Source of the DNA: Eledone cirrhosa
Taxonomy: Eukaryota
DNA length: 64,000 nucleotides
NCBI GenBank assembly: GCA_964016885.1
Contig: OZ024741.1
Span: 279,248,001-279,312,000 of the forward strand
Reading direction: 5' to 3'
Position numbers and translations under genes: made by a program. The notes below the pieces were generated by a model. It was not told where the DNA came from and ran no database searches. It worked only from the letters and a program-made list of their open reading frames with translations. Each line of letters begins with the position of its first letter. Position 1 is the stretch's first letter. Shown here one piece after another: positions 28,983 to 43,790 of the stretch.

Positions 28983-29394
28983 TGGTGGCTGCCAACTCGT
29001 TTTCGAGTACGGCCACTACTTTATATCCATGTAGGAGAACCCCTACCGATGCGCTGAACGAATGTGACTTTAGTCCAGCCAGCGACTTGAAAACTCTGGC
29101 ACAAAGACTACACTTGTGACCATTATTGACACATAGTGCAGGGCCCATGGTACCATGTGATGACAAGTGCAGAGAGATCTCCAGATATAAAGCAATGCCT
29201 GTGCTGTGAAGCTTTTATAGTGAGCAAAGGCACTGCACAAAGCCAATCCCACTCTCTTAACCAAGATGATATTTACCAAAAAGAAGAACAGGTCAACATC
29301 ATTGGATACCATCAGGGTTGCAGGTGTTATATCAGAGTTTTCCTTCTCCTAGAATTCTGCCTTGACAAAGGCTAAGGGGTCATCTCTCCCGGCA
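28983..29394 (-). mobile_element. short RTE-derived element, longest of three copies, with (TATG)n tail
   Basis: Minus strand encodes HKCSLCARVFKSLAGLKSH, like the C-terminal C2H2 finger of RTE/BovB ORFs, and runs into TATG repeats. The 5' part has AGGAGAAGGAAAACTCTGA, a motif I recall from RTE 5' UTRs. Confidence 0.6.
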
Positions 29395-30174
29395 TATACA
29401 TGCATATACACATACATGTACATACACATACACACACACATACACGCATATATACATATATACACACACATACACACATATATACATACATACATATACA
29501 TACATACACACACATACACACACACACACACACACATACATACACACACATATACATACATACACACATATATATACATACACACATATACATACATATA
29601 TACATATACATTCACACACATACATACATATACACATACATACATATATACATACATACACATATACATACATACATATATACATACATACATATACACA
29701 TACATACACATATACATACATACATATACATATACATACACACATATACATACATACATATACATACATACATACATACATATACATACATACACATACA
29801 TATACACATATACATACATATACATACACACATATACATACATACATATACATACACACATATACATACATATACACATACATACATATATACATATACA
29901 TACATATACACATACATACACATATACATATACATACACATATACATACATACATATATACACATATACATACATATACATACATACATACACATACATA
30001 CATATACATACATACATACACATACATACATATACATACATACATACATATACATACATACATATACATACACATACATACATACATACATACATACATA
30101 CATACATACACATACATACATACATATATACACATATACATACATACATATACATATATATACATACATACATA

Positions 30175-30461
30175 TGGTGGCTGCCAACTCGTTTTCGAGT
30201 ACGGCCACTACTTTATATCCATGTAGGAGAACCCCTACCGATGCGCTGAACGAGTGTGACTTTTTAGTCCAGCCAGCGACTTGAAAACTCTGGTACAAAC
30301 ACTACACCTGTGACAATTATTGACACATAGTGCTGGGCCCATGGTACCATGTGACGACAGAGGCAGAGAGATCTCCAGATATAAAGCAATGCCTGTGCCG
30401 TGAAGCTTTTATAGTGAGGAAAGGCACTGCACAAAGCCAGTCCCACTCTCTTAACCAAGAT
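30175..30461 (-). mobile_element. second copy of the short RTE-derived element (5'-truncated)
   Basis: Near-identical to 28983-29268; flanked by CATA repeats. Confidence 0.65.
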
Positions 30462-30465
30462 GTAC

Positions 30466-30496
<31 letters not shown>

Positions 30497-30830
30497 CATA
30501 CATACATACATACACATGTACATACATACTTACATACTTACACACATACATACATACATACATACTTACATACATACTTACATACATACATACATACATA
30601 CTTACATACATACTTACATACATACTTACACACATACATACATTCATACATACATACACACATACATACACACACTCATACATACATACATACACACATA
30701 CATACATATATATACACGCACATACATACATCCGTACATACATACGCTCATACATGCATACATACATGCATACATACATACATACATACATACATACATA
30801 CATACATACATACATACATACATACACACA

Positions 30831-31062
30831 TGGTGGCTGCCAACTCGTTTTCGAGTACGGCCACTACTTTATATCCATGTAGGAGAACCCCTACCGATGC
30901 GCTGAACGAGTGTGACTTTATAGTCCAGCCAGCGACTTGAAAACTCTGGTACAAACACTACACTTGTGACAATTATTGACACATAGTGCTGGGCCCTTGG
31001 TACCATGTGACGACAAGTGCAGAGAGATCTCCAGATATAAAGCAATGCCTGTGCCGTGAAGC
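30831..31062 (-). mobile_element. third copy of the short RTE-derived element (further truncated)
   Basis: Near-identical to 30175-30406; encodes HKCSVCTRVFKSLAGL. Confidence 0.65.
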
Positions 31063-31713
31063 ATACACACATACATACACACATACATACTTACACACAT
31101 ATATACATACACACACACATACATACATACATACATACATACATACATACATACATACATACACACATACAGACGCTCTTACATACACACACTCATACAT
31201 GCATACACACATACATACATACATACACACGCTCATACGTGCATACATACACACACGCCCACACACACATACAACCATACACACATACATGCATACATAC
31301 ATACACACACACACATACATACATACATACATACATACATACATACATACATACATACATACATACATACATACATACATACATACACGCACACGCACAC
31401 ATTACATACATACATACATACACACATACATACATACATACATACATACATACATACATACACACGCGCGCATACATACATACATACATACATACATACA
31501 TACATACATACATACACGCGCGCATACATACATACATACACACACGCGCGCATACATACATACATACATACATACATACATACATACATACATACATACA
31601 TACACGCGCGCATACATACATACATACATACATACATACATACACGCGCGCATACATACATACATACATACATACATACATACATACATACATACATACA
31701 TACATACATACAT

Positions 31714-32792
31714 TAACAACATATGAGACCCGGATAGTAACACTGAAGCAACACCTTCAACAGAGGAAAAAGGTTGGCGACCATCTTGCTCAGGTTTATG
31801 AGCATGAAAAAAGAAATATCATTAGAATAGCGACTGATCTGGAGGAGAGATATGGAATAAAGCCTGATATAAATCTCTCACCCAGAGAAATCGGAAGATC
31901 CTATTCAATGTTCAAACAAGAAAAGAAAATTGACCAATTTACAGAGAAAGTTGTGCATGGATACTTGAGGCGTAAAACACAGACCATAGAGGGGATAAAC
32001 CACTCAAAAAGCCTGGCATGGAGTTCCGACAAGTTTATGACATCACACCTTGAGGGATATCTCTATGCAATACAGGAACAAGAACTCCCTACCAAATATC
32101 TGCTGCACAAAAGAGGAGGGCCAGCAGCTGACAATAAATGTAGGCTATGTAAAACAAAGATCGAGGATGTAAGCCACATTGTTGCCAGCTGCGAAAGAAT
32201 GTCATCTCGCTACTACCTCCCCATGAGACACGATGGGATAGCTAGAACTATCTGGAACGCACTTCGGAAAACAAAATTAACAACAAACGAGGAAGAATAT
32301 ATTGAGACAGATGGCACTAAGGAATACTGGTGGAACCTGAAAATAAAAACTGCCACCAAATTAAAGCACAACCGGCCTGATATTGTAGTTTGGGACCACA
32401 CATTGAAAACGTGTTCTGTTGTGGAGATCAGCTGCCCACTTGATGTAAACGTTGTCAGAAAAGTGCAGGTGAAGGAGGACATCTACGGACCATTGATGAG
32501 GAGTTTACAAATCCAGTATCCAAGATACACCTTTAGCTTCATACCCATCATTATTGGTGCTACGGGTTATATACCAACCCGCTTGGACCAAAGTATGACT
32601 GAACTTGGATTTGCGGACAAAAAGCGCAGCTCCCTAATTCATAGTCTACAAATGGCTGCGATAGCTGGCACCTTCAAAATATGCAAAACATTCTTACGAT
32701 TCAAGGGATGACAATCTCTTTTCTTTTACAACCTTGCCACCAGGAAGGTGGCCGGTCAAAAAAATATACTCGAAATTAAGAGAAAGAGAAAA
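31714..32792 (+). mobile_element. 5'-truncated R4/Dong-like non-LTR retrotransposon (restriction-like endonuclease class)
   Basis: Open frame to the stop at 32711 with a CCHC knuckle (CRLCKTKIEDVSHIVASC), RHD motif and RLE motif KHNRPDIVVWD..VVEISCP..K...Y; about 80-bp A-rich 3' UTR; (CATA)n on both sides. Confidence 0.88.
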
Positions 32793-34086
32793 CATACATA
32801 CATACATACATACATACATACATACATACATACATACATACATACATACATACATACATACATACATACATACATACATACATACATACATACATACATA
32901 CATACATACATACATACATACATACATACATACATACATACATACATACATACATACATACATACATACATACATACATACATACATACATACATACATA
33001 CATACATACATACATACATACATACATACATACATACATACATACATACATACATACATACATACATACATACATACATACATACATACATACATACATA
33101 CATACATACATACATACATACATACATACATACATACATACATACATACATACATACATACATACATACATACATACATACATACATACATACATACATA
33201 CATACATACATACATACATACATACATACATACATACATACATACATACATACATACATACATACATACATACATACATACATACATACATACATACATA
33301 CATACATACATACATACATACATACATACATACATACATACATACATACATACATACATACATACATACATACATACATACATACATACATACATACATA
33401 CATACATACATACATACATACATACATACATACATACATACATACATACATACATACATACATACATACATACATACATACATACATACATACATACATA
33501 CATACATACATACATACATACATACATACATACATACATACATACATACATACATACATACATACATACATACATACATACATACATACATACATACATA
33601 CATACATACATACATACATACATACATACATACATACATACATACATACATACATACATACATACATACATACATACATACATACATACATACATACATA
33701 CATACATACATACATACATACATACATACATACATACATACATACATACATACATACATACATACATACATACATACATACATACATACATACATACATA
33801 CATACATACATACATACATACATACATACATACATACATACATACATACATACATACATACATACATACATACATACATACATACATACATACATACATA
33901 CATACATACATACATACATACATACATACATACATACATACATACATACATACATACATACATACATACATACATACATACATACATACATACATACATA
34001 CATACATACATACATACATACATACATACATACATACATACATACATACATACATACATACATACATACATACATACATACATACA
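32793..34086. repeat. uninterrupted (CATA)n microsatellite, about 1.3 kb
   Basis: Directly visible; no interruptions seen. Confidence 0.99.
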
Positions 34087-34484
34087 GTAAAGTAAAGTAG
34101 CTTGATTTAACGGCCAGAGATCTACAAAACTGATGACTCCATAGATCAGATAAATAGCGAAGTGATATAAACGGCATAGACATCTAACAACACCTCGTAA
34201 GTAGAGAAGTAGGCGCAGTCAGAAGCGAAATATTGTAGCGTTTGAAACGCCATTGATAGGCTTCTGTAACCTAGGTAACATACAATCTGTCCGCTGTTGT
34301 CTGAAATGGCCGAACGCCTGGCAAATATATCTCGGTTTCTTGGTCATGTATTTCTGTTGGTCAACACTAATGCCACGTCATCAGGCTACGGCTGACCATT
34401 TGATAATACGCTCGCATATTATTAGAAGTTAAATAAATATTTCACACGATAACTATTTATATATACATACATACATATGTGTGC

Positions 34485-34523
<39 letters not shown>

Positions 34524-34569
34524 TTATAAATATTTACTCGTTGTTAACCCAACAATTTAAATAAAACTT

Positions 34570-34607
<38 letters not shown>

Positions 34608-34635
34608 TAAATGAAATTTCATTTCATTCTTTTCC

Positions 34636-34732
<97 letters not shown>

Positions 34733-35052
34733 TTCGCTATTTATCTGATAAATGGAATCTTAAAGTTTTACAGTCTTGCAAAGAAATTGAGACAATTGTT
34801 ACGATGCATAAAACTGGTTATCTACTTATATATATAACCAGCAATTTCTCTGTCTGTCTGTCCGACAGTGGAAACACGTGCGTAGAGAGAGAGTGTGAGT
34901 GAAAGAAAGAGACAGACTACGAGAGGGGGATAGCGGGAGGGAGAGAGGGAGAGAGAGAGAGAGTGAATAGACGCTAAAACACGTGCTACAGAAACATTAC
35001 CTTCCCCTCCCCACTGACTTTGGTCACTGAGGCCGAGGGAGTCGCGCTGAGC

Positions 35053-35674
35053 GCGTCATAATGACGTAATGCAGACAGCCAGACATACAGACAGATATTA
35101 TAAGGGCGCAACGTTATATCTATGTATCTATCTAAAAAGAAAGACTAAGAATTATATAGAGAGAACGCTAAATCGCCTAATGCGGTCCCTAGGGCATTGA
35201 ACATTTGAAATAATTTTTGCTCAAAACACTCACAGGACCATAAGTATTACATGTCTAAAGTTTGAAAACAATCGGTTGGATGGTTCTCAAGTTTTAGTGA
35301 GTTGACAGACAGACAAACATTCTCTGTTTTAGATATATAGACCAGCAGAAAACCGCCCACGGGTGGTTTTCTGCTAGTCTATATATCTAAAACAAAGAAT
35401 TCTGTCTGTCTCTCTGTCTGTCTGACTCACTAAAACTCGAGAACCACCCAACTGATTGTTTTCAAACTTTACATATGTAATACTTCTGGTCCTGTGAGTG
35501 TTTTGAGCAAAAAATATTTCAAATTTTCAATGCTCTAGGGACCGCATTAGGCGATTTAGCGATCTCTCACTATAATTCTCAGTCTTTCGTTTTAGATAGA
35601 TACATAGATATAACGTTGCGCCCTTATAATATCTGTTTGTATGTCTGGGTGTCTGCATTACGACATTATGACGC
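35053..35674. repeat. about 620-bp fold-back palindrome made from Helitron-like terminal sequence
   Basis: 35053-35358 is the imperfect reverse complement of 35361-35674; centre ACCAGCAGAAAACCGCCC-AC-GGGTGGTTTTCTGCTAGT. Confidence 0.92.
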
Positions 35675-36058
35675 TATATATAAGGGCGGTGAATTGGCAG
35701 TATCGGTAGAGGGTCGGACGGCATGCTTTGACGTATAAAGTTACGGCCCTTGCCATTCTGAGTTCAAATCCCGCCAAGGTTAACTTTGCCTTTCATCCTT
35801 ACGGGGTCGATAAAATAAAGTACCAGTAATGCACTTGGTAATTGCTGGCCTTGTTCCTAACGTAGAAACAATTATGACGCTATATGTATGTGTGTGTGTG
35901 TATGTGTATATGTATATATAGTATGTGTATATATATATATATAGTGTGCAACGTTTTTCGAAATATTTACTTCTGCGTTCACAGATTGATATCTTTAGTT
36001 TCAGAAGAACCCGTTAAGGGTGAAAGCAGCGATTCTTTGCTTAAACTTTAATCTGTTA

Positions 36059-36145
<87 letters not shown>

Positions 36146-36732
36146 ATTGATTAATTGTTTATGTTTGTTTGATAACTTCTGGTTGAGTGCTTAATTCGGT
36201 TTGTCTAAAGGGATTCATTCCTTTATCTCAAATTAGAATTCACCGCCTAAGCGGGGGTTACCTCCCATGGAGAAAACCACGTGTCTGTGGCGAAATTTAA
36301 AGCTACAACATGCCCGCTCAAACAAGAACGAAAAACTTGCTGGAGAAGGAAATCCTATGTTCTGTCGTCAAAAACCAATATATTGCTGACTCCTGCAATC
36401 GGAATTTGTCGATCTTGGATTTCCAGAAACTTAGCGCTGATGTTGAGTGGTGTATGTGATGTATATTGTGTGATATACGATGTACATTATATATTTTGCA
36501 TTCAGCCTCACCGCTCTGTCCGGGTCAGTATAAAACCTTTTCCTGGGTCCTGTATTTTCGTTGCTCTAGTGATGCGGCTGGACTGCCGACCGCTATATCT
36601 GATTTGCTAAGCTGTCTGAACGTATTGTTATTACTCTGGGGTTCTTTTCCCCATCTGAGTGCTAAAGCTGCAGACCGATTCTGCATTCGTTAGCTTGGCC
36701 GTGTTCTAAAGCTTCGTTAATGCTGTACTAAA

Positions 36733-36824
<92 letters not shown>

Positions 36825-36972
36825 TATATATTCGTGTACAGATATTTTTGCATACACTATAACAAAATATAAACAAACGTATTTATTTCACGAGGCTCGA
36901 TAAGGATAAATATATATCAAATAAATAAGAACCCTAGAGCAAATCCCGAGAAACGCCGGGCCATTCTGCTAG
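35378..36972 (+). mobile_element. non-autonomous Helitron-like element, copy A
   Basis: 5' TCTATATATCTAAAAC followed by (TCTG)n; 3' hairpin CCCGAGAAACGCCGGG then CCATTCTGCTAG|T, typical Helitron termini. Confidence 0.8.
35680..35870 (+). mobile_element. tRNA-derived SINE inserted in Helitron copy A
   Basis: A-box TGGCAGTATCGG, B-box GAGTTCAAATCCC; 15-bp TSD ATTATGACGCTATAT (35665-35679 and 35871-35885); empty site present in copy B near 37208. Confidence 0.9.
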
Positions 36973-38279
<1,307 letters not shown>

Positions 38280-38349
38280 TAAATACTAAAATAATGGTAG
38301 TAGACAGATATAATTTTAATGTAACATTTATTACAACAAAAACATTTAT

Positions 38350-38785
38350 CACTCAATATGGCCGCCCTTTTGGGCAATTACTGCCTCCACACGAGAACGA
38401 AATATGTTTGCAGCTACTGCAACCTCCGCTTTTTTTTATTTTGAGTGTTGCACGCTCGATGCAGGTCTTCAAACTGTTGACACTCGAGTGTGGTGAAGCA
38501 GAGGTCCTTGTTTGAAATATGCTCCATAGAAAGTAATCGAGAAGTTTGAGATCTGGGATATTATTGGGCCAGATACTGGCCCTCACAAAAAATGGCACCT
38601 TCTGATCAAGGAAGGCCTGTGTTGTTTTTTACCCATGGCATGGTGCAGAATCCTGCACCACATTGTCAAGCCCAAGCTTCTGCTCCATCCAAGATAACAG
38701 AGAGTTCTTCAAGATGTCCAGATACTCCTTTGTGCCGATCTTCAAGCCAGACTCAATGAATTGTGGATCCATGACACTTCCATGT
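38350..38785 (-). pseudogene. Tc1/mariner transposase catalytic-domain remnant
   Basis: Minus strand gives QDSAPCH and WPNNIPDLKLLDYFLWS, a degenerate WPxxSPDLNPxDY motif. Confidence 0.8.
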
Positions 38786-38877
38786 GTTGTCTTGCCCAAC
38801 ATGCCATGCAGTGGACTCGAACCTGTGACCTAATGATTACGAAGCGAACTTCTTAATCATTTGGTCATGTAGCGTCC
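38786..38877 (-). mobile_element. tRNA-derived SINE head fragment
   Basis: Minus strand has A-box-like TGACCAAATGATTAAG, B-box GGTTCGAGTCC, then TTGGGCAAGAC. Confidence 0.6.
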
Positions 38878-39344
38878 ACATAAAGAAAGTGTAATATGTA
38901 ACGAAAATAGAGTATGTTAGTAATCCGATCCAATCTCACGCCTGTTGGAGAAACTCCTCCTTGGTTAACAACCACCACTTTCTGTCTGGTTTTAGTAATG
39001 TCTTCATATATGTAGCCGTACTCACAACGCTTGGCCAATTGTGAGTTGGTAAGGCTATTTAACCCATAGTTGGGGTGAATGGCCGTTTACTCTAAGGAGT
39101 TCATCCATTCTTTTAACAGCTCTTGGTTGTTGTTGTTTTTTTCTTTTGTGCTGCTGGGGTTTCATTTACCCTCCTTACCAGACCAGGTTCTGGTGAGGTA
39201 GCCAGTTTAGTCACCACCATATGTCCACAAAGCAAGTTGTACTGGGTTACATGGTACCTGTAGCAGCCAGAATCCTGGCCTGACCTGACCATGTTAGCAA
39301 AATGAGAGTAAATTATACGAAAGAAAAAATGTGTGAATGACTCA

Positions 39345-39720
39345 GCATTGGCAGAATCATTGGAACGTTGGATAAACTGCTATGTGGCATTTCTTCTGGC
39401 TCTTTACATTCTGTGTTCAAATCTTGCTGAGGTCAACTTTGCCTTTTATCTTCCAGGATCGATAAAATATAGTACCAGCAAAATACTGGGGTAAGTTTAA
39501 TCGACTGAATTAGAAATCATTGGTAGAGTGTCACATAAAATACTTTACAGCATTTGTTTTGGTTCTTTACATTGTGTTTAAGTCTCACCGAGGCCAACTT
39601 TGGTTTTCTTTCTTCTGAGGTTGATAAAATAAAGTAGCAATCAAGTACTGGGGTTGATTTAATCAACTTTGTCCTTCACTCGAATTTGCTGGCCTTGTGT
39701 CTAAATTAGAAATCAATATT
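39345..39720 (+). mobile_element. two tandem degenerate tRNA-SINE copies
   Basis: Two successive blocks with GAGGTCAACTTTGCCTTT..GATAAAAT..GTACCAG..TACTGGGG matching the 35680 family. Confidence 0.7.
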
Positions 39721-39757
39721 TGGGTCATGGATATACCTTTCGTTCGTATGAGAGAAC

Positions 39758-39861
39758 AAAATATGTAACGCTTCTCGAATTTGTGAGTCATCCTTGCATC
39801 GCACTAGCTAAGACAGTATATATTCTAAAATTGGAACAATTCAGAGAAGTTTAGCATGGGC
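39758..39861. pseudogene. U6: U6 snRNA retropseudogene split into two oppositely oriented halves
   Basis: 39801-39861 (+) GCACTAGCTAAGACAGTATATATTCTAAAATTGGAACAATTCAGAGAAGTTTAGCATGG matches U6 nt ~1-60. 39758-39798 (-) TGCAAGGATGACTCACAAATTCGAGAAGCGTTACATATTTT matches U6 nt ~66-106. Compared with the conserved U6 sequence from memory. Confidence 0.88.
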
Positions 39862-39864
39862 ATA

Positions 39865-42741
39865 CCAATTGAGCGTTGAACCACTCTTGCAATAGTGAAA
39901 AGACGGAAAGCTTGCCTGGTATGGTCATATATCCCTCCACAACTCCTTGTTTAAAACCATCCTTCAGGGCATAATCGATGGATGGCGAAGAAGAGGGAGA
40001 CAAAGAAAATCCTCGTCCAACAACACCGAAGACTGGACTGGTCACAACACCGAGACCCTTTTACGTATGACAGAGAATAGTGACCAATGGCGATGACTGA
40101 ATGCAAAAGCGTCTAGAATTGCACACAAACGACTGGCTGTACCAGTGGCACATCTAGAGTGGCATCCCAACGACTGGCTGTACCAGTGGCACATCTAGAG
40201 CGGCATCCCAACGACTGGTTGTACCAGTGGCACATCTAGAGTGACACCCCAACAACTAACTGTACCAGTGGCACATCTAGAGTGACACCCCAACGACTGG
40301 CTGTACCAGTGACACGTCTAGAGTGACACCCCAACGACTGGCTGTACCAGTGACACGTCTAGAGTGGCACCCCAACGACTGGCTGTACCAGTGGCACATC
40401 TAGAGCGGCATCCCAACGACTGGCTGTACCAGTGGCACATCTAGAGCGGCATCCCAACGACTGGCTGTACCAGTGGCACATCTAGAGCGGCATCCCAACG
40501 ACTGGCTGTACCAGTGGCACATCTAGAGTGACATCCCAACGACTGGCTGTACCAGTGACACGTCTAGAGTGGCACCCCAACGACTGGCTGTACCAGTGGC
40601 ACATCTAGAGCGGCATCCCAACGACTGGCTGTACCAGTGGCACATCTAGAGCGGCATCCCAACGACTGGCTGTACCAGTGGCACATCTAGAGTGACACCC
40701 CAACGACTGGCTGTACCAGTGATACGTCTAGAGCGGCACCCCAACGACTGGCTGCACCAGTGATACGTCTAGAGCGGCACCCCAACGACTGGCTGTACCA
40801 GTGGCACATCTAGAGCGGCATCCCAACGACTGGCTGTACCAGTGGCACATCTAGAGCGGCATCCCAACGACTGGCTGTACCAGTGGCACATCTAGAGTGA
40901 CACCCCAACGACTGGCTGTACCAGTGATACGTCTAGAGCGGCACCCCAACGACTGGCTGCACCAGTGATACGTCTAGAGCGGCACCCCAACGACTGGCTG
41001 CAGCAGTGGCACATCTAGAGTGGCACCCCAACCACTGGCTGCACCAGTGATACGTCTATAGCGGCACCCCAACCACTGGCTGCAGCAGTGGCACATCTAG
41101 AGCGGCATCCCAACGACTGGCTGTACCAGTGGCACATCTAGAGTGGCATCCCAACGACTGGCTGCAGCAGTGGCACATCTAGAGTGACACCCCAACGACT
41201 GGCTGTACCAGTGGCACATCTAGAGTGACACCCCAACGACTGGCTGTACCAGTGGCACATCTAGAGTGGCATCCCAACGACTGGCTGTACCAGTGGCACA
41301 TCTAGAGTGGCATCCCAACGACTGGCTGTACCAGTGGCACATCTAGAGTGACACCCCAACGACTGGCTGTACCAGTGGCACATCTAGAGTGGCATCCCAA
41401 CGACTGGCTGTACCATTGGCACATCTAGAGTGGCACCCCAACAACTGACTGTACCAGTGGCACATCTAGAGTGGCATCCCAACGACTGGCTGCAGCAGTG
41501 GCACATCTAGAGTGACACCCCAACGACTGGCTGTACCAGTGGCACATCTAGAGTGGCATCCCAACGACTGGCTGTACCAGTGGCACATCTAGAGTGACAC
41601 CCCAACGACTGGCTGTACCAGTGGCACATCTAGAGTGGCATCCCAACGACTGGCTGCAGCAGTGGCACATCTAGAGTGACACCCCAACGACTGGCTGTAC
41701 CAGTGGCACATCTAGAGTGGCATCCCAACGACTGGCTGTACCAGTGGCACATCTAGAGTGACACCCCAACGACTGGCTGTACCAGTGGCACATCTAGAGT
41801 GGCATCCCAACGACTGGCTGTACCAGTGGCACATCTAGAGTGACACCCCAACGACTGGCTGTACCAGTGGCACATCTAGAGTGGCATCCCAACGACTGGC
41901 TGCAGCAGTGGCACATCTAGAGTGACACCCCAACGACTGGCTGTACCAGTGGCACATCTAGAGTGGCATCCCAACGACTGGCTGTACCAGTGGCACATCT
42001 AGAGTGACACCCCAACGACTGGCTGTACCAGTGGCACATCTAGAGTGACACCCCAACGACTGGCTGTACCAGTGGCACATCTAGAGTGGCATCCCAACGA
42101 CTGGCTGTACCAGTGGCACATCTAGAGTGGCACCCCAACGACTGGCTGTACCAGTGACACATCTAGAGTGGCACCCCAACGACTGGCTGTACCAGTGTCA
42201 CGTCTAGAGTGACACCCCAACGACTGGCTGTACCAGTGACACGTCTAGAGTGGCACCCCAACGACTGGCTGTACCAGTGGCACATCTAGAGCGGCATCCC
42301 AACGACTGGCTGTACCAGTGGCACATCTAGAGCGGCATCCCAACGACTGGCTGTACCAGTGGCACATCTAGAGCGGCATCCCAACGACTGGCTGTACCAG
42401 TGGCACATCTAGAGCGGCATCCCAACGACTGGCTGTACCAGTGGCACATCTAGAGCGGCATCCCAACGACTGGCTGTACCAGTGATACGTCTAGAGTCCC
42501 GCCCCAACGACTGGCTGTACCAGTGATACGTCTAGAGCGGCACCCCAACGACTGGCTGCACCAGTGATACGTCTAGAGCGGCACCCCAACCACTGGCTGC
42601 AGCAGTGGCACATCTAGAGTGGCACCCCAACCACTGGCTGCAGCAGTGGCACATCTAGAGTGACACCCCAACGACTGGCTGCAACAGTAGCACGCCAATG
42701 ACTGGCTGCACCAGTTGCGGGAACATGATTGATTGATTGAT
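39865..42741 (+). mobile_element. RTE-clade LINE 3' fragment containing an internal minisatellite; (GATT)n tail
   Basis: Frameshifted translation IVKRRK/LAWYGHISLHNSLFKTILQGIIDGWRRRGRQRKS..WTG..LLRMTENSDQWR fits the RTE ORF C-terminus; tail TGATTGATTGATTGAT at 42726-42741. Confidence 0.8.
40110..42715. repeat. 41-bp minisatellite, about 63 copies, consensus AACGACTGGCTGTACCAGTGGCACATCTAGAGTGGCATCCC
   Basis: Period 41 (40128, 40169, ...); units carry an XbaI site and the hairpin ACTGG-CTGTA-CCAGT. Confidence 0.97.
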
Positions 42742-43078
42742 GAGATGCGAACCCTTCGTGTTGGTAATTCGACGGTCTTATCAACAGCTTCTTCACCCTC
42801 CAAACAACTTGAAAGTGAGAAGTACTCGTAGACAGCGGTTTGGTGGTTTAAATACCCGAGATCGAAGCTTCGTTTCTTCACATTGCTCTCTCTCTCTTTC
42901 TCTTTCTCTTTCTCTCTCACACACACACACACACTCGCTCTCTTTCTCTTCATATATGTGATGTGTGTGTGTGTATGTGTGTATGTGCATGCGTGTGTGT
43001 ATGTATGTATATATATATATATACACACACACACACGCACACGCATGCACATACACACATACACATTTATATGTTTTC

Positions 43079-43118
<40 letters not shown>

Positions 43119-43790
43119 TCTCCCCACCTCTTCATACATACGTAGGTCTCACTCTCTCTCTCTTCTTCTTCATTTCATAGTTTAACTCCACTGAACAGCT
43201 GACCAATAAAACAAGTACAATTTGATACTATGCAAATAACACTCAAAGTGATCCCTTTCGCTCTTCAATATGCACGTATGTCATTTTTATCTTTAAAAGC
43301 GACAGAAGGAGAGCGTATGTTTGCGCTGTTTACACATTGTAAATTTTGTGGAAGTTTTGATTTACGATCGGTAGATCATCGAAAGATATGTGTGTATGTA
43401 CATTAAGCTATTTTGTAATAATCCGTGCTTAACCTATAAGTTTATCAAATAAATCTGTGGGTTATTTTCTTACTCTATCTCTTTTTCCACCTTATCTCTT
43501 CAACTTCCTCTCTGTGTCTCCCTCTCATTCTCGCTCTCTTCCTAGTTATACATCTATCTCATTCTTTTTATTTTTAACTTATCTTTCCAACTTTATGCTG
43601 GCGAGTTCAATGACGGGCCATTTACGTGTTGGTCCAATTTGCTAAAAATAGCAACCAAATCTCCCTTAAATCACAGACGCTATCGATTTTTAAAAAAAGG
43701 TATTCACACCATTTAATTGGAAACTGAACCCCACGAGTTCTCACCCTTTCCATGAGAACTCTCTAGAAGAATGCAAATCCTGCCAACATA

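Larger units (their letters stand above)
28430..31713. repeat. degenerate (CATA)n/(CA)n microsatellite field interrupted by three short retroelement copies
   Basis: Directly visible. Confidence 0.95.

Noticed and set aside
28243-34183. His/Thr/Tyr/Ile-rich and Met/Tyr/Val/Cys-rich ORFs
   Set aside because: Translations of CATA/TATG microsatellites. Only 31714-32711 is real coding sequence; the N-terminal HTYI part of ORF 31056-32711 is not a fusion protein.
36190-36730. Possible captured exon or Penelope GIY-YIG remnant in Helitron copy A
   Set aside because: No convincing motif or sustained frame by eye; needs BLASTX.
39801-39861. Functional U6 snRNA gene
   Set aside because: Split and inverted, several substitutions including the first base of the ACAGAGA box (TCAGAGA), and no upstream promoter context.
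40110-42715. CRISPR array (hairpin-containing repeat)
   Set aside because: No variable spacers; it is a plain tandem repeat inside a LINE end.
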